In this document: piece after piece, positions 23,742 through 25,624 of the stretch
Layout of the letters: every line of letters begins with the position of its first letter
How positions within the stretch are numbered: position 1 is the stretch's first letter
Virus record (IMG/VR): IMGVR_UViG_3300046804_003725
Span: 1-25,624 of that record
From: a virus
Taxonomy: Duplodnaviria; Caudoviricetes
Length of the DNA stretch: 25,624 nt
Direction: 5' to 3' (one strand)
The notes under the pieces: generated by a model
Told to the model about the DNA's origin: nothing
The model's database searches: none
Seen by the model: the letters and a program-made list of their open reading frames with translations, nothing else
Translations under genes and position numbers: made by a program

Positions 23742-24441
23742 GATCATCACGGGTCAGGACGCTGCTGCTTCGTTTGAGGCTGCCGGTGGCGCAGAAGAGG
23801 CTGCTCGCGTTGACGCAGCCAGGGCCGAGCTGGTTGATGAGGCGACTGGAGCACCGGGGGAAGAGGGGGGCAGCTCCCTGATCCTTGGCAAGTATCAATC
23901 AACAGAAGACCTTGCCAATGCCTACTTGAGTTTGCAGCGTGAATACACGCGACTCAAGAGCGGACAGGCCCCGGTCAGCGAGGCCGCGGAGTCGATGCCC
24001 GAGAGGCCAGGCACCGCGGAGGCCCCGGAGAAAGGGGAGGCCCCGCCATCCGCCGACCCGGCAGTGGTAGCTCAGATTCAAGAATCAATCTTTCAACAGG
24101 TTGGAGGTGAAGCTGAGTATCAGCGACTGGCAACATGGGCAGCCAACAACATTCCCACTGAGCGCCTGAACAGTTACAACCAGGCCCTGTCTTCCGGGGA
24201 TCAGGCTGCGATCCTTAACTCACTAAAGGGATTGCAGTACGACTTCATGATGAAGAACGGGTATGAGCCGCGCCTGACTGGAGGACGTGCGCCGAGCAAT
24301 GAGATCCGTGGCTACGAATCAGAGGCCCAGGTTGTAGCCGCCATGAAGGATCCCAGGTACTCAGGTGACAATCCAGATCCTGCCTACATCAAGGAAGTCG
24401 AGCGGAGGATTGCTGTGAGCAACGTGTTCCAGACTCGCTGA
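23734..24441 (+). CDS. Capsid assembly scaffolding protein (T7 gp9-like)
   Basis: LILGKYQSTEDLANAY, VGGEAEYQRLATWA, MKDPRY...YIKEVERR. Confidence 0.93.
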   Translation: MPEIITGQDAAASFEAAGGAEEAARVDAARAELVDEATGAPGEEGGSSLILGKYQSTEDLANAYLSLQREYTRLKSGQAPVSEAAESMPERPGTAEAPEKGEAPPSADPAVVAQIQESIFQQVGGEAEYQRLATWAANNIPTERLNSYNQALSSGDQAAILNSLKGLQYDFMMKNGYEPRLTGGRAPSNEIRGYESEAQVVAAMKDPRYSGDNPDPAYIKEVERRIAVSNVFQTR

Positions 24442-24449
24442 TGCTGGGG

Positions 24450-24552
24450 TATAACTGGGATCAGTTGACCATCCACTGATCCGCCAGGGCTCCGAAGGCG
24501 ACACCCCTGTACCGGCATGGTGACGGTTTAACAACCAATCCATCATCAGGAG
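24450..24552 (+). promoter_or_regulatory. Structured capsid-gene leader with a -10-like TATAAC and AGGAG SD
   Basis: Hairpins GGATCAGT/ACTGATCC, CAGGG/CCCTG and ACCG/CGGT; SD at 24548-24552. Confidence 0.5.
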
Positions 24553-24559
24553 AACTCAG

Positions 24560-25600
24560 GTGGCAGCACCCGACGTAACGCTTTCACGGCCAGGTGTCAT
24601 CAACAATGACAGTGGCACATGGGCAAAGGACAATGCCCTCTTCCTCAAGGTCTTCAGTGGTGAAGTCATCACTGCCTTTGATCGTGCGTGCGTGTTCAAG
24701 GGCATGGCCCAAGAGCGCACCATTCAGAACGGCAAATCTGCGCAGTTCCCTGTCACTGGTCGTTTTACCGGACGGTTCCACACCCCCGGCAAAATGATTG
24801 AGGGTCAAGGAAACATGGCGCAGAACGAAGTAGTCATCAAGATTGATGATCTGCTGATTGCCGACGCTGCGCTGTATGACCTGGATGAAGCGAAGAATCA
24901 CTATGACATTCGCAGCATCTACTCTCGTGAACTGGGCAACGCCCTGGCCCGTGAGTACGACAAGCGCATCGCTCGCGTTCTAACGCTGGGCGCACGAGTG
25001 TCAAGCGGAGACCTGACCCTCAACCTGCCCAGTGGCCTTGCTCCTGACGATCCCTACAGAACGGGAACCAGGGTGGACATCAACAAGGCCACGCCCACCC
25101 CTGACGACTATGTGGCAGCGGTGTTTGCTGCTGCCCGTGCGCTGGACGAGAAGGACGTGCCCTCCGATGGTCGAGTGCTGGTGTGCTCGCCCGAGGTTTA
25201 CTACACCCTCGTTCAATCGAGCCGTGCTGTGAACTTCGACTTCAACCAGCAAGGCGCAAACGGTTCCTACTCCAAGGGGCAGATTGCGCAGCTGGCTGGA
25301 TTCAGCATCTACAGCTCCAACCACATCAAGCAGGGCAACGTCACTGCCAAGACTGGCGAACAGGGTTTCACCTTTGGCGGCAGTGACACTGTTCTGTCCA
25401 GTGTTGACATGAGCAAGTCGAAGATGCTCGCCTTCCAGAAGGGTGCAGTCGGCGTTCTCAAGCTGCGGGATCTGTCTATGCAGATGACCGGCAATGACTA
25501 CAATGTCATGTATCAGTCAACTCTGATGGTTGCCAAATACGCATGTGGTTTTGGCTATCTGCGACCTGAGGCCATCGTCGAGATCCACAACAGCCTGTAA
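24560..25600 (+). CDS. Major capsid protein (T7 gp10-like)
   Basis: ALFLKVFSGEVITAF, RTIQNGKSAQFP, IKIDDLL, HYDIRSIYSRELGNALA, GYLRPEA. Confidence 0.97.
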   Translation: MAAPDVTLSRPGVINNDSGTWAKDNALFLKVFSGEVITAFDRACVFKGMAQERTIQNGKSAQFPVTGRFTGRFHTPGKMIEGQGNMAQNEVVIKIDDLLIADAALYDLDEAKNHYDIRSIYSRELGNALAREYDKRIARVLTLGARVSSGDLTLNLPSGLAPDDPYRTGTRVDINKATPTPDDYVAAVFAAARALDEKDVPSDGRVLVCSPEVYYTLVQSSRAVNFDFNQQGANGSYSKGQIAQLAGFSIYSSNHIKQGNVTAKTGEQGFTFGGSDTVLSSVDMSKSKMLAFQKGAVGVLKLRDLSMQMTGNDYNVMYQSTLMVAKYACGFGYLRPEAIVEIHNSL

Positions 25601-25624
25601 ATCCGCAGGCTCACTGGCAGGATA

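Larger units (their letters stand above)
1..25624. mobile_element. T7-like (Autographiviridae-type) temperate podovirus genome segment, probably a cyanophage, in unintegrated configuration
   Basis: Single-subunit RNAP, T7-type SSB/endonuclease/primase-helicase/exonuclease, portal-scaffold-capsid, terminases and an integrase; no host housekeeping block; int and RNAP are contiguous (attP not split). Confidence 0.95.

Noticed and set aside
1-25624. Integrated prophage boundaries
   Set aside because: No host genes or att junction in the window; dcd sits inside a phage operon and int-RNAP are contiguous.
25560-25624. T7 10A/10B-type capsid frameshift
   Set aside because: No evident slippery sequence near the stop, and the window ends 24 bp later.

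Overview
The whole window is phage DNA from a T7-like (Autographiviridae-type) podovirus, most likely a temperate cyanophage. The host inference rests on a picocyanobacterial-type dCTP deaminase and the MarR-integrase-RNAP layout of cyanopodoviruses. From ~9.6 kb rightwards the + strand carries small early genes (incl. an ArdC-like protein), a MarR-like HTH, tyrosine integrase, candidate attP, single-subunit RNA polymerase, SSB, endonuclease I, primase-helicase, exonuclease, portal, scaffold and major capsid. There is no DNA polymerase gene in its usual slot. Left of a ~1.4 kb structured non-coding hub (8.2-9.6 kb) most genes run on the - strand: DUF6378-like, dcd, MT-A70 methyltransferase, large terminase and a >=763-aa probable internal virion protein missed by the ORF track. 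A three-gene + strand island there contains the small terminase. The most notable non-coding signals are a higher-order 11/10-bp tandem array, a shared ~20-bp motif abutting the start codons of the early genes, a 16-bp imperfect palindrome overlapping several sigma70 promoters, a 17-bp direct repeat exactly bracketing the methyltransferase, 19-bp repeats flanking the putative attP, and a bistable inverted-repeat element. All calls come from motif recognition by eye; no database searches were run.
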